Source of the DNA: Hormiphora californensis
Taxonomy: Eukaryota > Animalia > Ctenophora
Direction of reading: 5' to 3'
DNA: 64,000 nt
NCBI GenBank assembly: GCA_020137815.1
Contig: CM035354.1
Location: 8,432,001-8,496,000, forward strand
How positions within the stretch are numbered: position 1 is the stretch's first letter; every line of letters starts with the position of its first letter. Below are positions 1 to 13,031 of this stretch, piece by piece. The translations under genes and the position numbers were made by a program. The notes under the pieces were generated by a model, which did not search any database, was not told where the DNA came from, and saw only the letters and a program-made list of their open reading frames with translations.

Positions 1-578
1 ATATAAAGTTTCATGTTGAGAGCTGTTACTTTCTAGTGTAACACCAACAGACATGGTCGATTACCAAGAAATAAAAGGGGAATTTGCCACACAGATCAGA
101 GCCCCTTTTTCGAATATTGGACGACAAAAAATTCGATAGTCGAAAAGTTTTATGTATCTTGTCAAATGTCAGCCTTTTTTCCAGATTGACTCACAGATGT
201 AGAAACAAATATGGTTAGCAGACTGCAGATGGTGAAGATTACAGGTGGAGGAGGCGGTTGAATGAAGTCCACGCCGGGACACTTAGGATCAAAAGAAGGT
301 ATGGGGAATGATGGAATATAGGGCAACATAGCAAGACACAGTAATTGATGACCGAGCGGGCAAAAAATACTTGACACCCTTTATATCTTTCTAAAGGTAA
401 ATGGACTACACACCACACACCACACACAAATACAACTAACACCATGCCGCGAAAACTAAACCTGTATCTACGTCCCAGGGAAAAACGAAGAAAGAGAGGG
501 GTGGGACAAGGAGGATGACTTAGGAACGTGAAAGAAAACGTAAAAAAGTAAAGGAACGACAAGATATGATGGAACAAT

Positions 579-1863
579 TTGGGGATCATTCTCTATCATA
601 ATGATCAACTTTCAATTAACGAGAAGCAGATCCTGAAACAGATGGTGAAGCGTTTCTCCCGGCTAATTATGACAATTGTCACCTTTTGGGAGGTTAGGGA
701 GGTAGGTTGCTGCGGGCCTCCCTCTTATGAGTGTCAACAATTGTGTGAATGAATGAATGTTGATGAGAATGTGTGTGTGAAATCACAATGTAGCTTATAT
801 ATAGCCAAACGCGACGGGGCGGGGTGAGGAGCGGGAAAAGGGAGAAGGAGAGAAGCGAAACGAAGAAGATAGAAGGGCCTCGGACCCACTGTTGCACTAC
901 CCTAGATGAGAGGTGGACAGGAGCAGGAACGACCATATAGAAGTAAAGAACATAAGTTCGTTAGATGGAATGGAAGAAAGGGTGAGACACAAGAGAATCA
1001 TTGCCGATGCAGGGAGAATAGGGGCACAGTCAATAAAAGAAGGAAGGAGGGACTTTGGAAATGTGCGCCTTCCAGGCAGAGCGAGCAGAGTTTTTCCTAT
1101 TCCTTCTAGGAATATGTATGAGCTACACGCCTATGAGCTTTGCTCTTTGTCGTACGAGACTGAGCCAGTAGAAGGATCAAGCTAGATATAAAGAGAATTA
1201 CTAACGAGTCTTTCCTTAGTAGTTATATGATCCCAGAGATGAGCCCAGACTCACCAGTAAGCCAGATGGATTGTAGCAGTTATGAGAGAGTCTCAGTTGT
1301 TAGAGATAGAGAGCAGAGGGATCCGTGACGAAGGATGGAGAGGGGGGAGCTAACCACCTTTTAGTTATTCCTGTCAATCGTAGGACTATAGTCAGTGAGC
1401 GCAAGTATTGTTTGCTAGGAGCAGTCCCGATTCTGCTTCGGTTTTCTCCATTTCGACCCGCTGCTTTAGCCTTTAGATATAAAAGTCAAGAGAACCTCTT
1501 CAGAATCTTTCTGTCCATTAGCCTGTCCAGAAGAGCCACTTGTTCTCCCATGCCGAACTTTGAAAAGTCTATAACGGGAATGAGTTCTAATGGAGCTTTT
1601 GGTGATGCTTGGGGCAGTAGGGGAGAATAGTAAAAAGAGAGAGAGAGGGAGAGAGACAGAGCGAGAGAGAGAGAGAGAGAGAGAGAGATGAGAGAGAGCT
1701 ATGGAAAGAGAGGGAGAGAGAGTCAGGAGAGGCAGAAGAGAGAGAGTATAGAGATCGAGAGTAGCTGTAGAGAGGCTCGATGTTGTCTAGCTAGATCTCT
1801 ATACTCTCGATTCTCTCTCGAGATCGCCGCGCTCGCTCTCTCTATCTCCTCTCGCTCTCTGAT

Positions 1864-1895
<32 letters not shown>

Positions 1896-2245
1896 TTCCA
1901 TCTCTTTCAGGTTGCCTTCTCGTACGATGATGCCCATATAAGGCAGCAGTTTGGTGAGGTAGAGGAGTGTATTGTGGCTGTTGTAAAACCTCACTTGACA
2001 GCTAAATCGGAGAGAAAAGTCAGGTATTGCAACTGTAATTAGATTAGCATGTGTGGGTGTGTACTGAATATAATGCACAAAAAGAGGCAGCCAATCTTTA
2101 CACTACTGTCTGCAGGTTCGTGTTTAGTACTCTGACGGATTCCAAAGTTCTGGGGGCACTTTTCCAGCCATCAGACAGCCAGACCCGACATCTGGATAAA
2201 CTGGCCCCTATGCTCCGGGACTACATGTTTAACGAGAAGCAATGA
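579..2245 (+). CDS. TNFAIP8: TNFAIP8/TIPE family protein, last three coding exons (~579-692, 1911-2023, 2116-2245); 5' part not resolved
   Basis: Spliced translation ILYHNDQLSINEKQILKQMVKRFSRLIMTIVTFWE|VAFSYDDAHIRQQFGEVEECIVAVVKPHLTAKSERKVR|FVFSTLTDSKVLGALFQP...RHLDKL matches the TNFAIP8 C-terminus (ILYRNNQF...MTVVSFHQVDYTFD...HLTAKSHGRV..VF...L.ALY.P...HLQKL). GT-AG introns with consistent phases. Confidence 0.85.
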
Positions 2246-2285
2246 GAAGCTGCAGATACGAGACTGTTCAGAAAATGTGTGTTGA

Positions 2286-2892
2286 CAGTGGTGGCCCCAG
2301 CCTGGGGTGGTGGGGGGTGGCCACCCCCCAAAAAATTTTCAAACAGGGTTGTCGGGGGTGAAAATAGCTTTAAACAGTGTTCAAATTGTTTTAAATTGAT
2401 CAAAATCTAACATTTTCGTGGCTTCGCCCGCTACCCACACCAAAGGGCTGAAAATTGTAAAATATTGCATCTAAATTGCTTAAAATTGATTAAAAAACTA
2501 ACATTTCCGGGGGCTTCGCCCTTACCACACAGGGGCTGAACATCATTAAAAAATTGCCCCCACCAAGGGCTGAAAAAAAATTGATAAAAATATTGTTCTA
2601 AATTGCTTTAATTCATAAAAATTTCTAGGGGGCTTGAACCTTGTGGACTGAAACTCGTTGAAAAAGTTTTCTAAAAGGGCTGACAAATTGTTAAAAAAGT
2701 GGTTCCAAAATGCTAAAATCATCCAAAAAACTAAAATTTACGGGGGCTTCGCCCCTAAGACCCCACCAAGGCTCTGCCCATGGACCCCGTTAGGGGCTAA
2801 GCCCCCAAACCCCTCGGTCGCTTTAGGTTGCACTTAAGTGTAGCCTTCAGCCACACCACCCCCCCAAAAAATCCGTGCTGGGGCCACCCCTG
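2286..2892. mobile_element. Non-autonomous hAT-type MITE downstream of the TNFAIP8 stop
   Basis: TIRs CAGTGGTGGCCCCAGC / GCTGGGGCCACCCCTG (1 mismatch); exact 8-bp TSD TGTGTTGA at 2278-2285 and 2893-2900. Confidence 0.9.
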
Positions 2893-4223
2893 TGTGTTGA
2901 CTATAATAATACATGCAGCGTTTAGAGGACTTATATTTTGAAAATGGTTATTTAACTTCACAATCAGCAAGAGAAAGACTAGATGCATTCGAGAGAGGGA
3001 GAGACAGAAAAAAGGATATAGGTATGTCACCACCTATTCGACATCGTTTAGAAAAACATGTGTATTTAGAAATTAATAGAAGCTGAAAGAGAGAGACGGA
3101 AGACATTAAAAAACCACGGTAACTTCAGTTCCCGGATACTGACTTATTTATGTTTTAACATGTTCCCCTGTGCGGACAGCTGAGAATCAGTCTCCCCCCC
3201 CCTGTTTTTTTGTAAGTGGTTGCCGCTGGTAGCATCATCCTATTACAATAGGGGTGGTTTTTTTCCCCTACGTTTTCTTTTTTTTTTTTTGTTTTTTTTT
3301 TTGATTCGTGTTATACAATGTACACGTTAATTTGCGAGATACACTGGGAAACTGCCAACAGGGGAACACAGCATTGTGGACACACATAGTGCAAATAGTA
3401 TAGTTGACAAAAAGCTTTTTTATTTTTTGACCAATAGGATGAATAATGTCCAAAATGATTCTTAATTAAATGACGGAAAGATGTTCAAAGCTCCAAAGAC
3501 CAATCATGTCAAATGTATATGTACATCATTTTATTTTCATGTTTAATCCACTTGATGTAAAACTATTTGTTTATTGTGTCTTACGTGTCGGTAACAAGGT
3601 GTAACATGTAACCTCGAAAAATTGAGTTACAAAATCTCAGTTCCAGCTCCACCGTTTTGTTATCGGTACTGGCATGGTTGGAGCGCGCGAAGACAGCGGT
3701 GTGGAGACGTGCGCGCGAAACGGGCACAGCAGGGCTTCACGCGCCAAGTCAGTTATGTCTCGTGGGATCCCGGAATGTCTGTCAACCCACGCACCTTGAC
3801 AGACTGTCCCTCACACTGTGAGTCACAGATTTTACGCAAGGGAAAGTGTAGCACGTCAATCTACATCGCATGTCAAATAAACTTGATGCGCCATTATGTA
3901 CTGTGTCACCGAACTAATAATCATACACGGTAGTTAAAAATAACTTCGAGTCTAAACAGATATACAATCGTGTATAAATTCAAATAGGCTTTCCGGCATA
4001 CAGTTTCACTTTCAGTTTCAGCTATTCATCAGATTATAGGCAAACCTGATAAAAAATAACAAAGTGGCAGGAATGGGTTCATAAATAGACGTGATACCAA
4101 CGTATTATTGCTTATTTGCACGAGATCCACGCTAAAACTAATCAACCCGTCTACGCTCCACCAACAGAAGCCTACTGAAAATACCTACATCCTTGATGGC
4201 TAGTTTGAAACACACAGTCCTGA

Positions 4224-7200
4224 TCAGGGTATAATTTCAGTGACATTGTCTCTCTTCTGAATACTGGTATTAGATTTGGATAATCCATTTGCCTTATGTG
4301 ACATAGTATCAGACAGTTCTATGTTATCTGTTCTCAACAAGTTAGGTCGAATGATCCCAGGAGTTGTGGGCAGGGAACCCCGTCTAGTTGGTACAGGCCC
4401 CTTTGGTTCAGGGGTTTTAATTAACAGCCCAGAATCACTGTGTTGACGCGGTGTTCCGGTCCGGGAGGCACTCAAGCTGAAATAGAGAGTGTGTTACACT
4501 GGTATTAGCAATACGAGGCACTGAGGCAGGTTTAACAAGTCAGCGAAATCCAATAAAATCTAAGCTAAAACAGCATGATGCAAACTCGATATAGCAGGAG
4601 AGGGGCTTCACACGGAGAGTGCCAGCCCTCACCATTTGTGTCTGCTGCTAGTCTGTGTAGCACTTGATCTCTTTAGAGTAGTGGATGATTTAAACCTTGT
4701 TAGGGAGTGGATCTTCCACCAGTGCGTACTGATATCGTATCTTAACAGTTGCATTCGCCTTCCCAGTGCTCCTCTGAACCTCCCCAATATCTAGAGGGTG
4801 GGAGGGGGATGGAGTTAGTAGGTGGTTACTATGAACCTCCCCAATATCTAGAGGGTGGGAGGGGGATGGAGTTAGTAGGTGGTTACTATGAACCTCCCCA
4901 ATATCTAGAGGGTGGGAGGGGGATGGAGTTAGTAGGTGGTTACTATGAACCTGCCCAATATCTAGAGGGTGGGAGGGGATGGAGTTAGTAGGTGGTTACT
5001 ATGAACCTGCCTAGTTGTTACTTGTTGGGGTGGAGAAATATCTAGCGAGATGAAAGGTGGACAACAGTGTAACAGTGTACTGACCCCTTTTTGTTCTATT
5101 TCCACAGTCCTAAGAATAGTACACTCCTCGTCTAGTAAGGGTGTATCCGTGCCCCAAACATACAGAATAGAAGCGTATGATATTTCCAAAACCTGCAGGG
5201 GAATCAAATTATAACCACACTAACGGCTTGGTACCATTGCTACCTGTCTGCTTCACATACATGTGCGAGTTCGATCTCGCTCGCACTAGGTGTCAATGTT
5301 ACCAAACTAACGGCCTCCCTATTATAATCCCCCGGCTGACTCCGAGAGACGTCCCCGGAAGATCTCCCGAAGTTACAATGTTACACAACATTATTCTCTG
5401 TCCCACTTACCACAATAATGAGACCCATGAAACACATAACAGCGAGGGTCATGAACAGTCCTGATAGATAACTCATGTCTAGAGTGGAGCTCCTAGTCTC
5501 TACCGATCCAGTCATTGACTCAAAATCAGTGTGCTGAAGACACAGTGTACATATTAGAAATGGGGCATCTTGCAAATCTACACTGCACCAATTTCGGCAA
5601 ATTTGAGTATCTTTATTATGTGGATGGAAAGGTGAGCTAGACAAAGAGTTTCTTTCTGTATACCTCATTGTCGGAACAGTCCACTCCCTCAGTTAGCCAC
5701 TTCTGCCACAAGGCCTCCAACCACCCGGTCTCTTTGTAGCTAAGTATCTTGTGGTTCAGTACATCTGCAAAGGGGGCATTCTGCTGCACCCCAAACGCTA
5801 ACCTAGGGAGGAGGGATTAGTATCCATGGTGATCCAGTGGGATCACCAGGGGTAGGAGTGGCACGTGATGCCCATATATGGTAGGAGGTGGTTCACCTAC
5901 CCAAATTCGTGGAACTGTTCTCCTACACTAATGAGATCTGTAATGTTATCACAAGATATCTGTTGCTTGTACTCCAGATAGGGACTCTCGTAGATGAAGG
6001 CAAACTTCTCACTCGCTGCCTGAGAGTGGTAAGATAGCTTGGGTCAAGGGAGTCAAGTTAGGGGTGGGCCCTCCTTCACGGTTCATCCATTATTCAACAG
6101 CAGGGAGTGAGGTCTAGGTAGAGGGCCCAACATTACACAATGAGGAAAGTTTGACTGGGAGCATTATATAATTCCAGAATTTAGACATTTGTCATGCTAG
6201 GTTGATCTAACACCCTACCTTCATGTAACCTTGGTCTGCATTAGTGACATTGATGGCGTTCTCTATGAGTTGTCTGTAGGAGCTTTTAACTGAGTTTCTC
6301 ATCAACAGTTCTGGGTTGTAGAGGAATAAGTCCCCCATATAATTCGTTCCTGTTCTAGTAGTCCTCTACACTCTCCAAATCACAGTATGCAATCGATAAT
6401 GGGGGATAGTGTACCATTGTCAATACTCTAGTTTGTAGTACAAGAACATACAATGAAAACGAGTCTTGAGTAACTATCATTGCACCTACCAGTTAGAAAG
6501 GCAGCTAAGTTAGCAGTGTACATTGCAGTAACTATCATCATGAAGAAAACCACCAGGCCAATAGTATGAACCTGCCACTAGCACAGTAGGGTCCCTCCAG
6601 GGGGGACTGGTTTAGCAGTGAGGCTATCACCATCCAGGAACTATTGAACATCGACAGCTGCTCTAAAGGGGGATTAATGTGGTGAGTTGGAAAATAGCAC
6701 TAACCTGGCTGTTTAAAAACAGGGATTACTAATTGTAGTGCTGGATCAGTAACATATCCCTATATTACTAACCTAGCTGGTCACGGGATGATGCCTCCAG
6801 CTCATCAAGGCGGCAGGAGAACTCATCTGGTTTAGCTAAACTCTTCGCTCCTAATGAGGAGTTTAGGAGGTTTGTAAAACTGTATCCAGAGAAACTAGAA
6901 ACTGATAGAAATAGGGTGGTTCGTGTATTGTCCTACTTACCCTGAATAGTCAGCTCCCTCTGTCGAATGCACTCTCACAGGGACAAGTCATTAGTGCATG
7001 CATCTTGGCACCGTACTTCCCGTACGGGCTGACCTTACTAACTAGGCAAACCACCACAGTCACAAGAGCACACACCACCAAGATACAATACCTGGAGGAA
7101 AGATATTTTGTGGGTGTAATTGCTGTTAATTTAGTTGGGTTGTCGGGCCACGCCCTTAGTTTTTACATGTTTTAGCATGTATCGTAAAACTAAATCTGAA

Positions 7201-10200
7201 CTTTGCTTTGTCAAGGTTGAGTAAAGAGAAGGAGAGGGACTCCCTCAAGAAGAAAAAGAGAGGGACTCCCTCATTTATCGGCAGTGTGACTGAGAGATAT
7301 TGAAAGTGAAAGTTTAAGAAGTGCAGTGAGGGATAGAGCAAAAGTGAAATTGAGCGAGAAGGGAGGAACATGCTATGAAGTTGTTTCTTACCAAACTTCA
7401 CCACTGAAAGGTGACAGAAAGAAGAACTTGTTTGCGTTGCTATGTGTTTCTCCCTTGACAACAAACAACAAGCCAGCCTCCATGAAGGGAACTGAAAAGT
7501 CGATAAACTTCTCTCTCAGCGAGTTGATGGAGAGATGAACCGCTGCTATATCTATCTCCTAAAGAGTGGGGTGGTAGGTGGTTACAAGTAATCAGCTGAC
7601 AGATTAACACAGTGTCTAAAAAAACTTGTCTAAAACTTGACTTGTCTGTGTTACAGCCCGATTAGTAACTGAGAAGTGAGAGGGGGTAATGGAAGGGGGT
7701 AATGGAAGGGGGTAATGGGGGTAGTATTACTTGTCAATCAGGGGGTAATGGAAGGGGGTAATGGGGGGGGGGGGGCGTTATGGGGGTAGTATTTACCTTG
7801 TCGATCAGGGGGTAATGGAAGGGGGTAATGGGGGGCGTTATGGGGGTAGTATTTACCTTGTCAATCAGCATCCTCACAAGACCATCCCATTGCCCAGTAT
7901 TATTGTCATAACCTCCCCATCTCCCATCTTTACTCTCGTGTAGTTCGAAGGTAAAATCCAGATCTTCAGATAAAACCTCTTTATCAGGTCGATACAGTAG
8001 CCCTTGTAGCACCCATTACCATTCACACATCCCTTCTCTTGGATTATAAAGGGAGCCTCCTGGAAGAGATGTGGAGAGATGAGGTTTGTGTGATGACTGA
8101 AGAATTGTACTGGAGTGTGAAGTGTACTACAGCTCTGTGTATATTGTTCTCACCATCATGATGCCAAGGATAAGGTGGGACCCATTCAGACTCTGAGCAA
8201 CATCAGATGGCTTGACTAGTGAGCCTCCCGGTACACTATCTATAGAGAGAGAGGGGGTGAGGACTGAGGGGGAGATGGGCCGTGTTAGCACATAACAGGA
8301 GTATTCACTGGGGTTTATTCTGGGGAGGGGAACAACATTCTGTAGCCCCCACAGCTGTACCTGTCGTGTCATGTGTATACCATCAATACCTGACCACGCA
8401 CCCACTTCCTCGAAGGAACGTGATCTGAAGTTCACTATATCGTATGATTTATCGTAGGGAGAGGCATCTTCACCAAACTCTATGTTTCCAGTTATACCCT
8501 CAAATCTCACCTGGATTAGATCTGCTGGGTGAATCACAATCTCATGTAATAAAGTGATCATGTAATTACCTAATTATGATGTAATTAATCAGTAATTACC
8601 TTGAGCATCTCATTAAACAGCTGAGTTCCGTTTTTCCAGTAGTTGGGCTGCCCGAATGCCAGCTCACTCCGGCTCACAGGAGGGTCAATACAATCGATCC
8701 TCTGCTCATACAGCTCTATACCTCTTGAGAAGTAGTTGTGGAGGGCATGGCCCATTATCCAAACAGAGTCGTATAGCAGCCTAGTAAAGATCTGCAGGGT
8801 GGGACACTGGGTTAGTACAACTACAAAGTGACTGGGTTAGTTAGCAGGAAGCGACCGGAATATACGGTTCGGTTCGGTTCGGTTCGGAAATTCGGTGTTT
8901 TTTGGCGGTTCGGTTCGGTTCGGTTCGGTAGGAAATTTTTTTTTGGCCGAACCACCGAATTTTTGTCAAAAAATGCCAGGAAATCGGGTTTTTTTCATGC
9001 AAAATTTTTCAATTATTCACGAAAATTGTATGGATTTTCAATGTCCAATTTCGCCCGTATTAACCCTATTTTCGAATTGGATGGTGTATGTGAAATGATT
9101 TCCGCTAGTTCGCGGGTTCGATAGGATTGATTTGATACCGGACTTCCAGTCGGAATCGGTCCTCATGAGGGGTCAACAAATCAGAAGAAACCTTTTTTTT
9201 CAAAAAATTCATGGAGGCACCGATCAAGGTGTTAAGAATCATTATCTGAAATTTGGTAAAAAAAAGTTTGGAAAAGATTTCAAAGTCAATTTTATGGAAA
9301 TTTTCTATGTCAATTTTTGCGTACGAATCGGTTTCGAATCGGATTGCTAAGCAGGAGTGATGTGCTAATTATTGGGTCCGAGATGGATTATGCTGTGATA
9401 CGTGATCCCCCATCAAATCTAATTAGGAAGTAGGGCAAACGATTCATGTTTCAATAAATCGCTAATTAGCGAGAGCCACTGCCGCATAGCATATCCCCGA
9501 TTCGCAACACGATTCATACGGCAAAATTGACATAGAATTTTTTTTCCGAATTGAATTTGAAATTTTTTACAAGTTTTTTCACAAAAGTAAAATGTTTCTC
9601 TAAATTCATGAAGAGCATCGATCAAGGTATTGAGAATCATTACCTGAAATTTTGTGAATTTTTTTTTGTACAAAAATATTTTAAGTTAAATTATGTATAC
9701 GGAATCGGTTCTAATCGACAATGCTAACGGGAGTGAGTATGTTGGTAATTAGTGGGTTCCGAGATGGATTGTGTGATGACGTGATCCCCATCAAATCTAA
9801 TTAGGAAATTAGAGAGACACGATCATGGTTCGTTTAATCCTGCTAATTAGCATACATTCCAGTTATAGCATGCCGATTCGAAAACACGATTCGTACGCAA
9901 AAATTGACATAGAAAATACGATAAAATGACTTTGAAAATTTTCACAAAAATTGACTTTGAAAAATTTTTTCAAAACATTTTTAACAAAATTCAGGAGAAT
10001 GATTCTCAATACCTTTGATCGGTGCTCTTCATGACTTTTAGAGACAAAATGTATACAGAAAAAGGTTTTGGTAGGGTTCGTTCGGTTCGGTACGAAATTC
10101 GTTCGGTTCGGTTCGGTTCGGTTCGGGAAAAAAGTTTTTCAAATTCGGTCGGAGGTGCGGGTTCGTGGAAAAAAAACCGTTCGGGGTTCGTAGTTTCCTG

Positions 10201-11892
10201 GTTAGTAGTGTCAGCTACTCACAGTTAGATCGTAAGGAGATGTTGGTAGTTTCCCATCATACGTCATGTAACTATTTATGTAGTTAGCTGCAAAGTTCTG
10301 AAATGCCACTCCCTCCACAGAGTGAGGCCTGGTTCCAATGAGCCCCGTGAGATAGGAGGGGAAGTAGGCCTCACCACCTCTCCCACCCTGTCCTAGTAGG
10401 ATGTGGGAGCCAGTAACTCCATCAGTCACTATCCATTGATACCCTTCCTTCATTAGTCCCGCACTGGCCGCCTGGAAACACGTCGTGTCTGTGTTAACAA
10501 TTAAACAAACCATGTAAACAAGTGTGAAGGAGGGTATACTGACCTGTTCCAGGACCTCTGCTGCCACTCTACCATTACTATTGAGGACTATGATTCTCAC
10601 TAGACTCTGCCTGATAATGTTCAGTTCAGATGTGATGTTCAGAATGGAGCCCGGTTCAGCAACCTTGATATGCTGCACATTAGCTATCTTGTAACCGTAT
10701 TGTGTGGCTAGGAACTGCAACTCCAACACACCGTTAATACCTGTACAAGGTGGAAACTTTAGTGATGACATCCCAGGCTTCGTTTAGCCGCGCTTCGCGC
10801 GGCTAGTGTAGGGGTGACTGCGTCACCAAGTGGAAACTATAAAATCTAGGATAGAAATTAGGATCACACTCAATTATCAGTATGATCAGTAGCTTGTACA
10901 AACAACATACCGTACGGTGTGAAGGATGCCAGGATAGCGAACTGTTTCCAGTTCTGTTTTCTCAAAATGTTGAATATTGCCCTTCCTTGATGAATGTCTG
11001 AGGGAAGCTGACGCAGCATCGTGTGCCTCTTATCTCCCTCTAGAAAGGGGCCTGATGAAAAAGAGGGGGTTCCGGGTTACATGAGGTTACCATGGTTACA
11101 TGGGGTTATCATGGTTACATGTGGTTGCCATGGTTTCAGAAGGAACTAAGACCAAGCAAATAAGAGTGTGATATGTGAGCAGTTAGAGGTAACAAGCCAG
11201 TGCAGTTCTACTTACTAGTTGCAGTAGGAGCAATTACTGGGATATTGTACTGGCAAGCAGTATCAGCCACCTGTTGTACGTTATGTGAGGAAGCAGATAC
11301 TATTATACCAGACACCCCCTTTCTCAGTACCTGACAAACTGAAACACGGCCGCTAATATATCGTCAAATAAACAAAGCTTGGATTTGACGGGATGGGAAT
11401 GGTTAGGGTGGCCATTGGCGGGCCAAGATATTGAGAACAACACTGATCACGTACTTGGTGACATCTAGACACCTGGCGCGACCCCCGCACACAGGTGTCA
11501 GACACCTGGTGTCTATGTCACCAAATCACGTACCTGATTGTACGATGGCGTTGGGAGTTTCTCTGAACCTCTTTACAATGATGTTCACCTTACTAAAAGG
11601 AAGGACTTCAGGAGAGAGGTTCAACATATCTGCTGCCATCTGAGCCATCTCGGCATAGGGACTCTTGGTGTGGTCACTTAAACATTAACGCTGAAACAAA
11701 ACATGGTATTAGAAAGGGTGATGAAAAACAGAAATGAAAATTCAGCCCAAGTTAATAAATGAAAGATGATATTAATAACAAACCAATATTGATTTGAGGT
11801 AGGGGTTGGGGTTGTTCAGCGATTGTTGGTCGATATGATAGAAGAGGAACCAGGATGGTGGCTAGAAAGAGATACCATCTTCCAAGTACCAT
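4224..11892 (-). CDS. Ionotropic glutamate receptor subunit (likely Epsilon subfamily), ~20 exons, several 1-2 nt indels
   Basis: Signal peptide MVLGRWYLFLATILVPLLSY at 11892. ATD exons (GYQWIVTDG, LLYDSVW, FEGITGNIEF); S1 (EAPF..C..C YKGYCIDL, WDGLVRMLIDK, EIDIAAVHLSINSLREKFIDFSVPF); M1 FLSPFSGEVW; M2 NSSWMVIASLLNQS; M3 MYTANLAAFLT; S2 FAFIYESPYLEY, LAFGVQQNAPF, LWQKW..C; M4 LSGLFMTL; tail ends at 4224. Confidence 0.95.
4776..5010. repeat. 57-bp minisatellite (~4 copies) overlapping an iGluR splice acceptor
   Basis: Unit GAACCTCCCCAATATCTAGAGGGTGGGAGGGGGATGGAGTTAGTAGGTGGTTACTAT. Confidence 0.9.
8845..10200. mobile_element. Degenerate TIR element (hAT-like) with (CGGTT)n subterminal arrays, in an iGluR intron
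   Basis: Begins CAGGAA, ends TTCCTG; flanks GTTAGTTAG/GTTAGTAG resemble a TSD; internal inverted and direct repeats (GATCCCCATCAAATCTAATTAGGAA). Confidence 0.65.
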
Positions 11893-12173
11893 AATAACAC
11901 CACTGAAACAGTCAAGAGGGGCAACTGGTTAGTGTATAGCACACGGGAAATGCAGGGGGTTGTTCATTTATGAGTTTCAAACTAATGTTATTAGTAATAA
12001 TCTGGTTGAGAGAAACATGGAGGTGGAAGTAGCGCTTACAGGTGCAAAATATACTGAGAATGGAAGAGAGAGGGGGAGAGAGAGCATGTGTGAGTGATAG
12101 TTAGGGAGAGGGAGAGAGATGAGAGAGAGAGGAGGGAGAGGATAGAAGAGAGAGAGAGAGAGGAGAGAGAAGG

Positions 12174-12222
<49 letters not shown>

Positions 12223-12911
12223 TAGAGGGAGAGATAGAGAGGGTAAGACTAAGAGAGGGGAGAACAAATTAGATCTTGCACGTCCAACCATGGCCTATCT
12301 TGCTAATAGTGATGAAGCTGCTGCACAGGAAACAGCCGACTCCACAGTCCACACTAACAAAGGATCTTCCTATTTCTAGTATGTAAGGCAACACGGATAT
12401 TATATGGGAATACCGCGGTTGTAACTAATAGGGTGTAACTACATAGTTATATGCGGCAACAATTCCTAGATTCTCTAAATCATGTGCGTTTAACAAGATG
12501 ATCAGCGAAGGAATATCCTTTCTCTCTCTCTCTCTCTCTCTCCCTTTTCTAAAACAAGATTGTAACATCAGTTTACCAGGTATTTACAACATAATAGTAA
12601 CTGTACAATAACAAGAATATTACAAAACCCAATCCTGTTCTCTTTTCGTTCTAGCCTTTTAAAATATTATACATGCTACTAGAAACCGGCCAGAGCATAA
12701 CTTTAATTTCACGTAAAATCACACAACCTAAACTTCACACATCAGTAAAGCTGCTGCAATAACTATAATATTGCTGACCAACCGAGTATTAAAACTACTG
12801 GGGTCATCGTGGGAACAATTGTTAGTCAGACATTAGACAAACAAGATGCGACGCTCTACAGAACAATCTACGAACAAAACCTCACTTTGAATAATCTCTC
12901 TCTCTCTCTCT

Positions 12912-12965
<54 letters not shown>

Positions 12966-13031
12966 ACATTCCGCTACGTCATCATCTCATGATTTCCGGG
13001 ATAATTCGTCAAACTGCAATCACCCAGCAAA

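Noticed and set aside
900-1630. Possible nested gene in the TNFAIP8 intron
   Set aside because: Open stretches exist on both strands, but there is no recognisable domain or consistent splice structure, and the region is noisy.
4224-11892. iGluR as a pseudogene
   Set aside because: Indels fall mostly in simple runs, splice sites and key residues are intact, and essential genes nearby show the same defects.
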